A stretch of DNA of 64,000 bases from an uncultured bacterium (GTDB taxonomy: Bacteria; Bacillota_I; Bacilli_A; RF39; UBA660). The position numbers and the translations under genes are program-made. Every line of letters starts with the position of its first letter. Position 1 is the first letter of the stretch. The stretch is from contig CAMPCD010000001.1 of NCBI GenBank assembly GCA_946643435.1, positions 88,117-152,116 on the forward strand, read 5' to 3'. Shown one piece after another: positions 19,755 to 29,176 of this stretch. Under the pieces are notes generated by a model, which made no database searches, was not told the DNA's origin, and saw nothing but the letters and a program-made list of their open reading frames with translations.

Positions 19755-21125
19755 ATGAATATATTTAATATAAATGGCTATGATTTAGATGATACTCAAA
19801 TAAGTGCAATTAAAAGTGATGCTCAAAATACTCTTGTAGTAGCTGGTGCAGGATCAGGCAAATCACTTACAATATTAGGATTAATCAATTATCTTATTAA
19901 AGAGAAAAAGTATAAGGAGAATGAAATATTAGTAATATCTTTTACCAACGAAGCCACTTTAAGTCTTCACAATAAAATATTAGATTTAGGATATGATATT
20001 GAATCATTAACATTTCATAAACTTGGAATTAAACTTATAGGTAATAACTACTCTATAGTAAGTAATAATTATCTTAACTATTGTATAGATGAATACTTCA
20101 AATCATATATAAGTAATAATAAGAATAGATTCAATTTATTTAAGAATATATTATATATGGATAGTAATAAAGTATTTCACACTTATGAGTATAATAATTT
20201 AAAATCATTGATCATTACATTTATAAATCTCCTTAAAAGCAATAATATGAATGAAAAAAATATTGCTACCTTCTATAATAAAGCTTTCTTTAATGAAAAA
20301 GAATTATTAAAGATAATACTAGAAATATACATACTATATAAAAGAGAATTAGAATCTACTAATCAAATAGATTTCAATGATATGATTACTCTTGCAATAG
20401 ATAAAGTTAAAGATAATAAATTACCATATAAACATATAATAATTGATGAATTTCAGGACACCTCTACTGTTAGATTTGATCTAATTAAAGAGATTATTAA
20501 ATACACTAATGCTAAATTATTTGTTGTAGGAGATGATTTTCAATCAATATATAGATTCTCTGGATGTAACCTTGATACATTTCTTAATTTTAATAAATAT
20601 TTCAAAGATACAAAGACATATTATCTTAAACATACATATAGAAATAGTAATGAATTAATAAAAGTATCTACTTCATTTATTATGAAAAATCCTAAACAAT
20701 TAAGAAAATATATAATATCAAATAAAAATGTTGATAAACCTATAGTTATTCTTTTTAACTTTAAACTTAAAGACATTATTAATCATATAGAAGATCCTAT
20801 GATATTAGGAAGAAATAATAAAGATATAGAAGGACTAAACTATGATAAAAAATATACTATTCATAGATCAAAAGGATTAGAATCAACCAATGTAATAATT
20901 GTTAATTCAGATAATATACCTAATAAAGTAAAAAATGAAAAAATATTAAGATATGTATTAAATGATAATGATTACATAATACATGAAGAAGAAAGAAGAC
21001 TCTTTTATGTAGCTCTTACAAGAACTAAAAATAAAGTATATATATTGGTAAATAAAAAAATGAGTCCTTTTGTAAAAGAACTCATTCATGACTATAAATA
21101 TTATATAGATATTAGATATAAATAA
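19755..21125 (+). CDS. Compact UvrD/PcrA-family SF1 DNA helicase (456 aa)
   Basis: Walker A VAGAGSGKSLTI. DExx motif IIIDEFQDTS. Motif VI-like FYVALTRTKNKVYIL. About 250 aa shorter than canonical PcrA. Confidence 0.7.
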   Translation: MNIFNINGYDLDDTQISAIKSDAQNTLVVAGAGSGKSLTILGLINYLIKEKKYKENEILVISFTNEATLSLHNKILDLGYDIESLTFHKLGIKLIGNNYSIVSNNYLNYCIDEYFKSYISNNKNRFNLFKNILYMDSNKVFHTYEYNNLKSLIITFINLLKSNNMNEKNIATFYNKAFFNEKELLKIILEIYILYKRELESTNQIDFNDMITLAIDKVKDNKLPYKHIIIDEFQDTSTVRFDLIKEIIKYTNAKLFVVGDDFQSIYRFSGCNLDTFLNFNKYFKDTKTYYLKHTYRNSNELIKVSTSFIMKNPKQLRKYIISNKNVDKPIVILFNFKLKDIINHIEDPMILGRNNKDIEGLNYDKKYTIHRSKGLESTNVIIVNSDNIPNKVKNEKILRYVLNDNDYIIHEEERRLFYVALTRTKNKVYILVNKKMSPFVKELIHDYKYYIDIRYK

Positions 21126-21127
21126 TC

Positions 21128-21667
21128 CTAGTAATTTTCAGCCTTTAATTCAAAATATGATTGAGGATGTGCACATACTGGACATACTTCAGGTGCATTC
21201 TTTCCAAATACAACATGACCACAGTTACGACAAATCCAAATCTTATCTTCATCTTTTGAGAATACAACTGCATCATCAATATTCTTTAATAATTTTCTAA
21301 ATCTTTCTTCATGATGCTTTTCTATTTCTCCAACTTGTCTAAATTTAACTGCTAATTCAGTAAATCCTTCTTCTTCAGCAGTCTTAGCAAATTCTTCATA
21401 CATATCTGTCCATTCATAGTTTTCACCATCAGCTGCATCTTTTAAGTTTTCAGTAGTTGATGGAACTGTACCATCATGTAGCTCTTTAAACCACATTTTA
21501 GCATGTTCCTTTTCATTATTAGCTGTTTCTTCAAATAAAGCAGCTATTTGTTCATAACCATCCTTTTTAGCCTTTGAAGCATAGAATGTATATTTATTTC
21601 TTGCTTGAGATTCTCCAGCAAATGCAGCCATTAAGTTGGCTTCAGTTTTTGATCCTTTTAATTCCAT
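21128..21667 (-). CDS. rbr: Rubrerythrin (ferritin-like diiron domain plus C-terminal rubredoxin-like Cys4)
   Basis: [26 protein letters not shown]... followed by CRNCGHV...CPVCAHP. Start trimmed to Met preceded by AAAGGAG. Confidence 0.85.
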   Translation of the reverse strand: MELKGSKTEANLMAAFAGESQARNKYTFYASKAKKDGYEQIAALFEETANNEKEHAKMWFKELHDGTVPSTTENLKDAADGENYEWTDMYEEFAKTAEEEGFTELAVKFRQVGEIEKHHEERFRKLLKNIDDAVVFSKDEDKIWICRNCGHVVFGKNAPEVCPVCAHPQSYFELKAENY

Positions 21668-21962
21668 AATAATCACTCCTTTATGATATTTTAACACAAC
21701 ACCAAGATAGAAAGAAGATATAAAATGAATTATTATAATTTATCAAAATATATAGAATCAGTACTAGTTCCTTATATACTAGTTAATCAAATATTATATC
21801 TATATAAACATAACGCTTTAGATATATCATTTATTAAATTATATAACAAAATAAAAAAGATAATTAATATCAGAAATATTAACTATCATAAAGTAAAACA
21901 TATAACAAATAACATATTAATAACTAAATATAACTATAAAATAATAAGTTATAAACCCTTAA

Positions 21963-22817
21963 TTATTTCTTATGTAGTAAAGCAATAAAGAATCCTTCAT
22001 ATTCTTTATTAGGTTTAACTGTTAATACACCTTCTATAGATGAAGGAAGCAACTCTACTCCATCTAATGATATAGGTATTATCTCTATATCATCAGATAA
22101 TACTTTTTTAAGTTGTTCTTCATTCTCTCTTTTAAGAATAGAGCATGTGGAATAAACCATATATTTATCGTTTTTTAATAAACTAATTGCTTTATTCAAT
22201 AATTTTTCTTGGTTTTCCACTATTTTATTTAAACTATATTCATTTATATTTATTTGTTTATCAGTGCCTATCGTACCGATACCGGAACAATTGACATCCA
22301 ATAATATTGAATCAAATTTCATGTATTCAGATAATGATAATGAATCTTGATTTAATACAGTTACATTATTACAGTTTTGCTTTTGAACATTAAATTTTAA
22401 TCTTTCAGCTCTATATTTATCTCTTTCACATGCAGTAATAAGAATATTTGGATACATATGTGATAATTGTGTAGTTTTTGATCCAGGTGCTGCACACATA
22501 TCAAGGACTTGATCACGATTATTTACTTTCATATAGAATGGAGGTATTTGAGAAGATAAAGATTGAAGATATATCTTTCCTTCTTTATATAAATCCCATG
22601 TTTCAATTTCTTTGTTATCTACATCTTTAAGTAATAATGCTAAATTATTTGTTGATACTTCTTCATAAGGTATCCCCTTCTCTTTTAAAAAGTTAATGAC
22701 TTCTTCCTTTTCAACATTACATCTTATGGTTGTATCTTTATCAACAAAACCATCTATAATTTCATTAGCTAATCCTTCTCCATAATCGTTAATAAGTAAT
22801 TCCTTAACGTAATCCAT
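21963..22817 (-). CDS. NOL1/NOP2/Sun-family RNA cytosine-C5 methyltransferase (RsmB/RsmF-like catalytic domain only)
   Basis: SAM motif LDMCAAPGSKTTQL. Catalytic Cys motif YSTCSI. Confidence 0.7.
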   Translation of the reverse strand: MDYVKELLINDYGEGLANEIIDGFVDKDTTIRCNVEKEEVINFLKEKGIPYEEVSTNNLALLLKDVDNKEIETWDLYKEGKIYLQSLSSQIPPFYMKVNNRDQVLDMCAAPGSKTTQLSHMYPNILITACERDKYRAERLKFNVQKQNCNNVTVLNQDSLSLSEYMKFDSILLDVNCSGIGTIGTDKQININEYSLNKIVENQEKLLNKAISLLKNDKYMVYSTCSILKRENEEQLKKVLSDDIEIIPISLDGVELLPSSIEGVLTVKPNKEYEGFFIALLHKK

Positions 22818-22858
22818 ATAATCCTCCTAACAAAAAAAGTTGATAAACACCAACTTTT

Positions 22859-24529
22859 CTACATGTATGATGGTATTTCAATACCAATTAATTTAAGCAT
22901 GTCTGTTAATATATTAACAGTAACATTTAATACATATAACCAATCATTCTTTTTAGTCTTATCATCTAAACCAGCAATATGATTTAATTGATAGAAGTTA
23001 TTAGCTTCATTAGCTAAGTCATATATATAATCTACTATATATGAAGGCATTCTATTTTCATAAGCCTTATCAAATGCTGAAGCAATATTAGTTATCTTTA
23101 GTCTTAGATTTCTATCTACTTCATTATAAATAGTATCAGTTAAATTATTATCAAATGATTCAGATGCTAATATCTTCTTTAATCTTAATACAGTATATTG
23201 CATGTAAGGACCTGTCTTACCAGCTGTATTAGAAAATTTATTAATATCAAATATATAATCATTTGTTAAATTGTTTTGTAAATCTGCAAACTTAATAATT
23301 GCATTTACAATTTTATTTAAATCTTCATCACTCATATCTTTATTATCTTCTTTTTTAGATATGAATATATCTCTTGTTTCATTTAACATATCTCTTAGAG
23401 AAGGAGCATTACCAGCTCTAGTCTTAAAAGGTTTACCATCTGGTCCATTTACTGTACCATATCCCTTATGTTCAAGAGTAGCATCAGTTATACCAGCCTT
23501 CAAAGATGATCTAAATACTTGAGTAAAATGCATAGATTGTCTATCATCAGTAATATAAATTATATTATCTGGTTGGAATTTATTTTCTCTATCATAGATA
23601 GTAGCCATATCTGTTGTTCCATATAAATAAGCTCCATTAGACTTCTTAAATATCATTGGAGGTATTTCTTTAGAATCAGTTTCTTCAGCAACATCTATTA
23701 CTTCAGCACCTTGTGAAGTATATAATAAACCTTTTTTATTTAATAATTCTTCTAATTCATTTATATATTTATAAGCTGATTTTTCAGATTCCCATAAATC
23801 AAATGAAACAGATAAATCTTCATATATACCTTTAATATCTTTAATAGATATATCACATATAATGTCACATAATCTATTATATTCAGGATCTCCATCTTGC
23901 ATCTTCTTTGTTATTTCTTCGCATTCTTTCTTAATGTCTTCATTTTCCTTACAAATACCAGACATTCTAGGATATGCTTCATTTAAATACTCTAATGTGA
24001 TTTCTTCATCTTTTTTGCCATCATGTTGAATAGCATAAATTACTTCACCTATTTGTAATCCATAGTCTCCTAAATGCACATCAGCAATTACATCATTACC
24101 TTTATATCTAAGAATTCTTTTAATAGATTCACCGATAATAGCAGATCTCAAATGACCAACATGTAATGGCTTAGCAACGTTAGGTCCACCATAGTCTATT
24201 ACAACCTTTTTCTTTTCAGGTTTAATACAATATTTATCATCATTATTAATCATTACTAACATCTTATTAATAAATGAATTTGTAACTGTAATATTAATAA
24301 AACCATTTACTACTTCAATATTTTCAATAACATCATTTATATTGTTGATATTTTTAATCTTTTCAACAATATCATTAGCTATTTCAAATGGAGATTTATG
24401 TAATTCTTTTGCAAGTTTAAAAGCCTCATCTATTTGAAAATCACATAGATCAGGTCTATTTGATTGAATAACATTAACCTTTACATCTAACTCTTTTTTT
24501 AGTAGTTCATTTAACCAGTTAGTAATCAT
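22859..24529 (-). CDS. argS: Arginine--tRNA ligase
   Basis: HIGH motif PNVAKPLHVGHLRSAIIGE. Class I architecture with DALR anticodon-binding C-terminus. 556 aa. Confidence 0.9.
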   Translation of the reverse strand: MITNWLNELLKKELDVKVNVIQSNRPDLCDFQIDEAFKLAKELHKSPFEIANDIVEKIKNINNINDVIENIEVVNGFINITVTNSFINKMLVMINNDDKYCIKPEKKKVVIDYGGPNVAKPLHVGHLRSAIIGESIKRILRYKGNDVIADVHLGDYGLQIGEVIYAIQHDGKKDEEITLEYLNEAYPRMSGICKENEDIKKECEEITKKMQDGDPEYNRLCDIICDISIKDIKGIYEDLSVSFDLWESEKSAYKYINELEELLNKKGLLYTSQGAEVIDVAEETDSKEIPPMIFKKSNGAYLYGTTDMATIYDRENKFQPDNIIYITDDRQSMHFTQVFRSSLKAGITDATLEHKGYGTVNGPDGKPFKTRAGNAPSLRDMLNETRDIFISKKEDNKDMSDEDLNKIVNAIIKFADLQNNLTNDYIFDINKFSNTAGKTGPYMQYTVLRLKKILASESFDNNLTDTIYNEVDRNLRLKITNIASAFDKAYENRMPSYIVDYIYDLANEANNFYQLNHIAGLDDKTKKNDWLYVLNVTVNILTDMLKLIGIEIPSYM

Positions 24530-24622
24530 AATATCACCTTTTTTAATTTTATCATTTATTTCATCTTTATAAAAGACATTTGTATTATAGCATAAAAAAA
24601 GAATTAGTAATAACTAATTCTC

Positions 24623-25897
24623 TTATAGATTAAAATTATTTGGGTTGTTATCCACAGGACTGTTGTCTACTGGAGTATTGTTAACATTCATCTCAGGTGC
24701 ACTAGGCATAACTGGTGCAGATGGAGTAACTGGTATTGTTGGTTCAGTAGGAACAACAGGTGTTACAGGTTCTACTGGTGTAACTGGTGTTACTGGAACA
24801 GTAGGTTCAACTGGAGTAACTGGTACTGTTGGAACAACTGGTTCACTTGGTACTACTGGAGTTACTGGAGCTTCATTAACAACTGGAGTAACAACATCAT
24901 TTGCAGCAAAATCATTATTTACTACAGGTGTATCAGTAACACTAGGAGCTACTGGAGTAACTGGAGTAGTTTGATCTACTGGAGATACTGGAGTAACTGG
25001 AGTAGTTTGATCTACTGGTGTAACTGGAGTATTTATTGCTACATTGTTAACTGTTGCATTATTCTTTTTACCTCTAGTTAAAATTATAATAATTACTACA
25101 GCAATAGCTAATAAACAAACAACACCAACAATAGCATATACCATCTTATCTGATAAAACATCCTTTTTTGATGATTCTGTAGATGTATTAGTAGGTACTA
25201 CAGCTTTACCATCATCTAAAGTGAAGCTAAAATCAATATTCTTTGTTTCAAGTAAGCTATATGTTAATTTCTTCTTATCAGCTGATACAGTAGTTGCATT
25301 ATTTGCAGCTGCTTCACTTGGCAAGTTGAATGATATAGAAATATCAAATGCTTCAGCCATTTGTTCAGCAGAAACGCCTTCCATTCCTGTAGTATCGTTT
25401 GATACAGTATAACTCATATTTGATGTATACGTATTACCATTCTTTATAAATAATACAGCATCATCATTTATTTCGCTTCCATTAAATAATTGAGATAAAT
25501 CTACTCTTTCAGTAGCTGTTTCACTACTTATATCATCTAATTTACCTACTGGAATGCTATAACTATATCCTTTAAAGCCATCTTTTTCATATCTTTCAGG
25601 TTTATAATCATCTGATACATCGCCCATGCTTGTCCATGATCCACTTTCAATGTATGCCCATCTTTCTTCATCAGTATGTGTTGGAACAGTTGTTGTTGCA
25701 GGGTCACCACTTATAGCATCTGGATTTTCTTGATATGCTAACATAGTATCAATAAACTCATCATCAAATGCCATAATCAAGTTGATATTTGTATTCTCCT
25801 TATCAATATTGAACTCCATACTAGTTTTCATCTTACATCCTGTAACAAGTACAACAGAAAGAACGGAAACTAGCAATAATTTACTTAGTCTTTTCAT
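24623..25897 (-). CDS. Lipoprotein with internal TM helix and C-terminal Pro/Thr/Val repeat region (PVTPV repeats)
   Basis: Lipobox [29 protein letters not shown]-terminal [13 protein letters not shown] repeats encoded by tandem 36-bp DNA repeat. Confidence 0.6.
   Translation of the reverse strand: MKRLSKLLLVSVLSVVLVTGCKMKTSMEFNIDKENTNINLIMAFDDEFIDTMLAYQENPDAISGDPATTTVPTHTDEERWAYIESGSWTSMGDVSDDYKPERYEKDGFKGYSYSIPVGKLDDISSETATERVDLSQLFNGSEINDDAVLFIKNGNTYTSNMSYTVSNDTTGMEGVSAEQMAEAFDISISFNLPSEAAANNATTVSADKKKLTYSLLETKNIDFSFTLDDGKAVVPTNTSTESSKKDVLSDKMVYAIVGVVCLLAIAVVIIIILTRGKKNNATVNNVAINTPVTPVDQTTPVTPVSPVDQTTPVTPVAPSVTDTPVVNNDFAANDVVTPVVNEAPVTPVVPSEPVVPTVPVTPVEPTVPVTPVTPVEPVTPVVPTEPTIPVTPSAPVMPSAPEMNVNNTPVDNSPVDNNPNNFNL
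24951..25022. repeat. Tandem 36-bp direct repeat x2 (2 mismatches) inside PT-repeat lipoprotein gene
   Basis: ACTGGAGTAACTGGAGTAGTTTGATCTACTGGAGAT / ACTGGAGTAACTGGAGTAGTTTGATCTACTGGTGTA. Confidence 0.8.
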
Positions 25898-26001
25898 TAT
25901 ATCCTCCTTATTCTAAAATAATTATACAATCTTAATGTAAAAAAATAAACAAAAATTATATAAAATTATTCTTTTATAATATAATTATTTTTGGTGATAA
26001 T

Positions 26002-26799
26002 ATGATAAGCGTAATTTCGTTAAACGAGAAATTTAAAAGTATAACTCCAAATGCAATGATAAAAAAATTAGTTGAATCTAAATATACTAAAGGTGTTGAA
26101 ATATGTGCTTCTCCTAATAATGAAGAAATGCTTGCATACATGGATGAATTAGTTAAAGAATGCAAGGAAAATAATATACTTTTTCAAGTTCATGGAGACT
26201 CTTCTTTAGACTTAGAAACTCAATTAAAATATTTGGAAAGAATAGCTGAATACTCTGATTACTTAGGATATACAATTAATGTTGTATTACATAGTGTGTT
26301 AAGAGATGATAATGAAACTTCCCTACATGATTCTCAAGAGTATTTTGACGAAATACTAAAAGTTATAAATAGAAAGAAAATTAGAATTAGTGTTGAAAAT
26401 CTAAATGATGCTGTAGGATATATAAGACTTGATAAAGATGAAATGAAACCTATTCTATATAATGATGCAAGATTATATATGACATACGACATTGGTCATG
26501 AAATAGCTGACTTTGGAAACATAACTGATATAGATTCTGAATTTATTAAAAGATTATCAAATGTACATCTACATGAAATATCAGATAGATATAAAATTCA
26601 ATCAGAACACTTGCCAATATATGATACAAGTAAAGATTTTGAACAAGTATTAAAAGGTATACTATTCTTAAAAAAGATTAAGTATGAAGGTCCTGTAGTA
26701 TTTGAATATGATTTATATGCTTGTAAAGGTGAAACTATTGAAGAAAAAGTAGATGAATATATCCATTCTATAGATAGTACATCAGAACATATGATATAA
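26002..26799 (+). CDS. Xylose-isomerase-like TIM-barrel protein (putative sugar phosphate isomerase/epimerase)
   Basis: Metal-ligand-like pattern QVHG ... ISVEN ... YDIGHE ... VHLHE resembles AP-endonuclease-2/xylose isomerase-like fold. Weak. Confidence 0.45.
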   Translation: MISVISLNEKFKSITPNAMIKKLVESKYTKGVEICASPNNEEMLAYMDELVKECKENNILFQVHGDSSLDLETQLKYLERIAEYSDYLGYTINVVLHSVLRDDNETSLHDSQEYFDEILKVINRKKIRISVENLNDAVGYIRLDKDEMKPILYNDARLYMTYDIGHEIADFGNITDIDSEFIKRLSNVHLHEISDRYKIQSEHLPIYDTSKDFEQVLKGILFLKKIKYEGPVVFEYDLYACKGETIEEKVDEYIHSIDSTSEHMI

Positions 26800-26829
26800 A
26801 AAAAGATATTAGTTTTTTCTAATATCTTT

Positions 26830-27612
26830 TTATTTACAAGTAAATTTTCTGTTTTCTAATCTTGTTTTAATATCACTTTTCTTAACACCGAATGAGTCAA
26901 TATCTTTATATTCCATAGAAACTTTAAATATTTTTCCACTTCTACTTACTTTGATATTATCTCCTGTTTCTTTTAATTCTTCTTTTAATTCATCTACTTT
27001 TTTATCTAGTTCAGATTCAGACATACCTTCTGATTCATCAGTCATATCCATATCCATTACTACATACATAGATTTAATATTATCATCTGAATCAAACTTC
27101 ATTTCGTAAGAATACTTAATACCGTAGCTTTCCTCTGATGTACATTTTAATTTATTACTTGAATTAGCAATAACAGTAATAATAATACCTATTACAATTA
27201 ATGCAGCTGCTGCTATACCAATTATTAAAGGCAGCTTACTATCATTAGTTTTAGTAGTTGTATTTGTAGGAACTTTTGATGGATCAAATGCACCATTTGA
27301 ACTAGTTGTTGGCATTGCCATTGGATCAAAAGTCGATTCTACTTTCTTTGTTGTAGCAGGAACAGCTAATGGATCTATTGCAGATGTTTCTTTGCTAGTC
27401 TTTGGTATTGAGTTAACATTGAAAGCCTCCATATTAATATTAACCTTATTACTTGCAGCTTCAGGTGTAGGTTCCACAACTTCAGATTTACCTATTGGTG
27501 ATTCAGTATTTGCTTTTTCAACTACTTCATCATTTTCTTTCTTTAAAGTAGGTACTTCATTTTTATCTAATCCTTTTACAGAAGGAACAGATTCCTTATT
27601 ATCAGTTTTCAT
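26830..27612 (-). CDS. Hypothetical single-pass membrane protein, low-complexity N-terminal region
   Basis: TM LPLIIGIAAAALIVIGIIITVIA. Start trimmed to MKTDNKESV preceded by AAGAGGA SD. Confidence 0.55.
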   Translation of the reverse strand: MKTDNKESVPSVKGLDKNEVPTLKKENDEVVEKANTESPIGKSEVVEPTPEAASNKVNINMEAFNVNSIPKTSKETSAIDPLAVPATTKKVESTFDPMAMPTTSSNGAFDPSKVPTNTTTKTNDSKLPLIIGIAAAALIVIGIIITVIANSSNKLKCTSEESYGIKYSYEMKFDSDDNIKSMYVVMDMDMTDESEGMSESELDKKVDELKEELKETGDNIKVSRSGKIFKVSMEYKDIDSFGVKKSDIKTRLENRKFTCK

Positions 27613-27687
27613 ATTATCCTCTTTTCTATAATTAAAGTATAGCATTAATAATATTAATAATAAATAAAAAAAGGAATTGAACTTCCT

Positions 27688-27843
27688 TTAATATTTTAAT
27701 ACATAATAAATAATTATACCTGCTATTATAAATAATATTGATATAAAGATTATTACTCCATTACTTACACCACTTTTAGAATTATTAACATTATTTTCTT
27801 CTTCATGTGGTATTAAAGGATTGTTATTAAATTGATCATTCAT
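27688..27843 (-). CDS. Possible small membrane protein (51 aa)
   Basis: MNDQFNNNPLIPHEEENNVNNSKSGVSNGVIIFISILFIIAGIIIYYVLKY. Single TM. Followed by hairpin plus U-run on minus strand (27661-27688). Below ORF-track size cutoff. Confidence 0.3.
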   Translation of the reverse strand: MNDQFNNNPLIPHEEENNVNNSKSGVSNGVIIFISILFIIAGIIIYYVLKY

Positions 27844-27947
27844 ATAACCACTCCAATTATAATAGAATTATATCATATTTACATTGTTTTAATCATTAAT
27901 AGTTTATTAAAGCCTAAATTATTGATAAATTATAAATAGGTGATTAT

Positions 27948-28439
27948 ATGTATTTATTAATTATAATTATTGTTTTTATTGCAGTTATATTTGTATTAAA
28001 AAAACGAGTAGACTATCAAGAAGAAAATGAAGTAGAAGTAATAGAAGCTAAAGCAGATAAGATGCCTAAAAGAGCTCTTGTTCCTACAGATATTTTATTT
28101 AGATTAGTTGATAGAGACATGTCTTTAGGAAGAACAAATAGTATAATCTTTTACTATAAACTTGAAAAACATGAATTAGGTGTAATTCTTTATAATGGTA
28201 AACTAGTATTTAAACTAGATGATAAGATTTACATGACTATGAATGATATGAAAAATATGGCTATCTTACAAAACCACCGTATGGCAGATATAAGTGATAA
28301 GGTTACATTAACAGAAATTATTTATCCAGATACTAATGTTAAAGCTATATTAGAACAAGAACCATTAATTAAAGATTATATTATTACAAGTGATAATAAA
28401 TTCTATGATTTAAATATTAAAGTAAGTGAAATACAATAA
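27948..28439 (+). CDS. Hypothetical protein with N-terminal TM anchor (163 aa)
   Basis: TM MYLLIIIIVFIAVIFVL. Followed by bidirectional terminator. Confidence 0.55.
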   Translation: MYLLIIIIVFIAVIFVLKKRVDYQEENEVEVIEAKADKMPKRALVPTDILFRLVDRDMSLGRTNSIIFYYKLEKHELGVILYNGKLVFKLDDKIYMTMNDMKNMAILQNHRMADISDKVTLTEIIYPDTNVKAILEQEPLIKDYIITSDNKFYDLNIKVSEIQ

Positions 28440-28440
28440 A

Positions 28441-28470
28441 AAAAGGAGTTAATACTCCTTTTTATTTTAT
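28441..28470. terminator. Bidirectional rho-independent terminator between convergent genes
   Basis: AAGGAGT-taat-ACTCCTT hairpin flanked by A-run upstream and TTTTATTTT downstream. Confidence 0.7.
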
Positions 28471-28908
28471 CTTTATTTTAATTTCATCAGGTAATGTAAA
28501 TATATGGAATTTTATTATAAATAATATTAAACATATAAACATAACTGGAAGATTCAACCATGGAACACATGGCAATGGAACTTCACTCTTAGATACAATA
28601 TCAACTAACTTAACTAGCTTAACAAACAGTTCACCAGCAAACGCTGCAATAGCTAATAGATTAGCTAAAACTGTAAGTATTAATCCAGCACCCTTTCGTG
28701 TATAAATTGCTATTATTGTAACAGCTATACTTATCTCCGGTAGATAATTAATGATATTAATTAACATATCATCTGGGTGAGAAGTATAGAATCCAGAAGT
28801 ATCATGTTGTAACAATTCTATCCTATAAAACCATATTAATAATAATATACAAGTAAAAATCGTAGATGACATTATAATTACTAATTTCTTTGACATAACT
28901 ACATCCAT
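28462..28908 (-). CDS. Hypothetical polytopic membrane protein (148 aa, about 4 TM)
   Basis: Multiple hydrophobic helices. No motif. Confidence 0.55.
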   Translation of the reverse strand: MDVVMSKKLVIIMSSTIFTCILLLIWFYRIELLQHDTSGFYTSHPDDMLINIINYLPEISIAVTIIAIYTRKGAGLILTVLANLLAIAAFAGELFVKLVKLVDIVSKSEVPLPCVPWLNLPVMFICLILFIIKFHIFTLPDEIKIKIK

Positions 28909-29060
28909 CCATTTCTTACCTGTATTATATTATGTAAAATAAATAAAAGCAACCTTTATTATTTTTAACGCGTTTTTACGTCATTTATCATATATCATTT
29001 TTATTAATTATTATTAATCAAACTCTCATTTATTTATCACTTCAGCACAATCAAGTAAAC

Positions 29061-29116
29061 TTATTTACATATGTAAATAAATAGTTAATAATTTATTTAC
29101 ATTTAAATAATGTAAA
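29061..29116. promoter_or_regulatory. Two operator-like inverted repeats sharing TTTACAT half-sites upstream of NlpC/P60 gene
   Basis: 20-bp perfect palindrome TTATTTACAT|ATGTAAATAA (29061-29080) and TTTACATT-taaat-AATGTAAA (29096-29116) in the AT-rich leader ~60-115 bp upstream of ATG 29177. Confidence 0.5.
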
Positions 29117-29176
29117 TATATACAAAACATATACTTTTATTTTACAATATGCTTTATAATAAAATCAGGTGATAGT

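Noticed and set aside
21698-21760. PerR/Fur-like box (AATTATTATAATTTAT) upstream of rubrerythrin
   Set aside because: It resembles the TTATAAT-N-ATTATAA PerR box, but it is not a clean 7-1-7 palindrome, and in a 27% GC genome such strings arise by chance. Left as a weak possibility only.
21725-21988. 87-aa ORF in the rbr-rsmB-like intergenic region
   Set aside because: Pure N/I/K/Y low-complexity translation of an AT-rich promoter region. No RBS. Overlaps the 3' end of the minus-strand methyltransferase gene.
24645-24974. 109-aa plus-strand ORF (TGVTG repeats)
   Set aside because: It is the antisense reading of the PVTPV repeat region of the minus-strand lipoprotein gene, a repeat-induced artefact.
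25974-26165. 63-aa minus-strand ORF
   Set aside because: Overlaps the start of the plus-strand TIM-barrel gene and its promoter. Hydrophobic junk translation.
28920-29040. Possible integrated element boundary (AT-rich 250-bp gap with repeats)
   Set aside because: No integrase, direct-repeat attachment sites or tRNA nearby. The repeats are better explained as operator palindromes.
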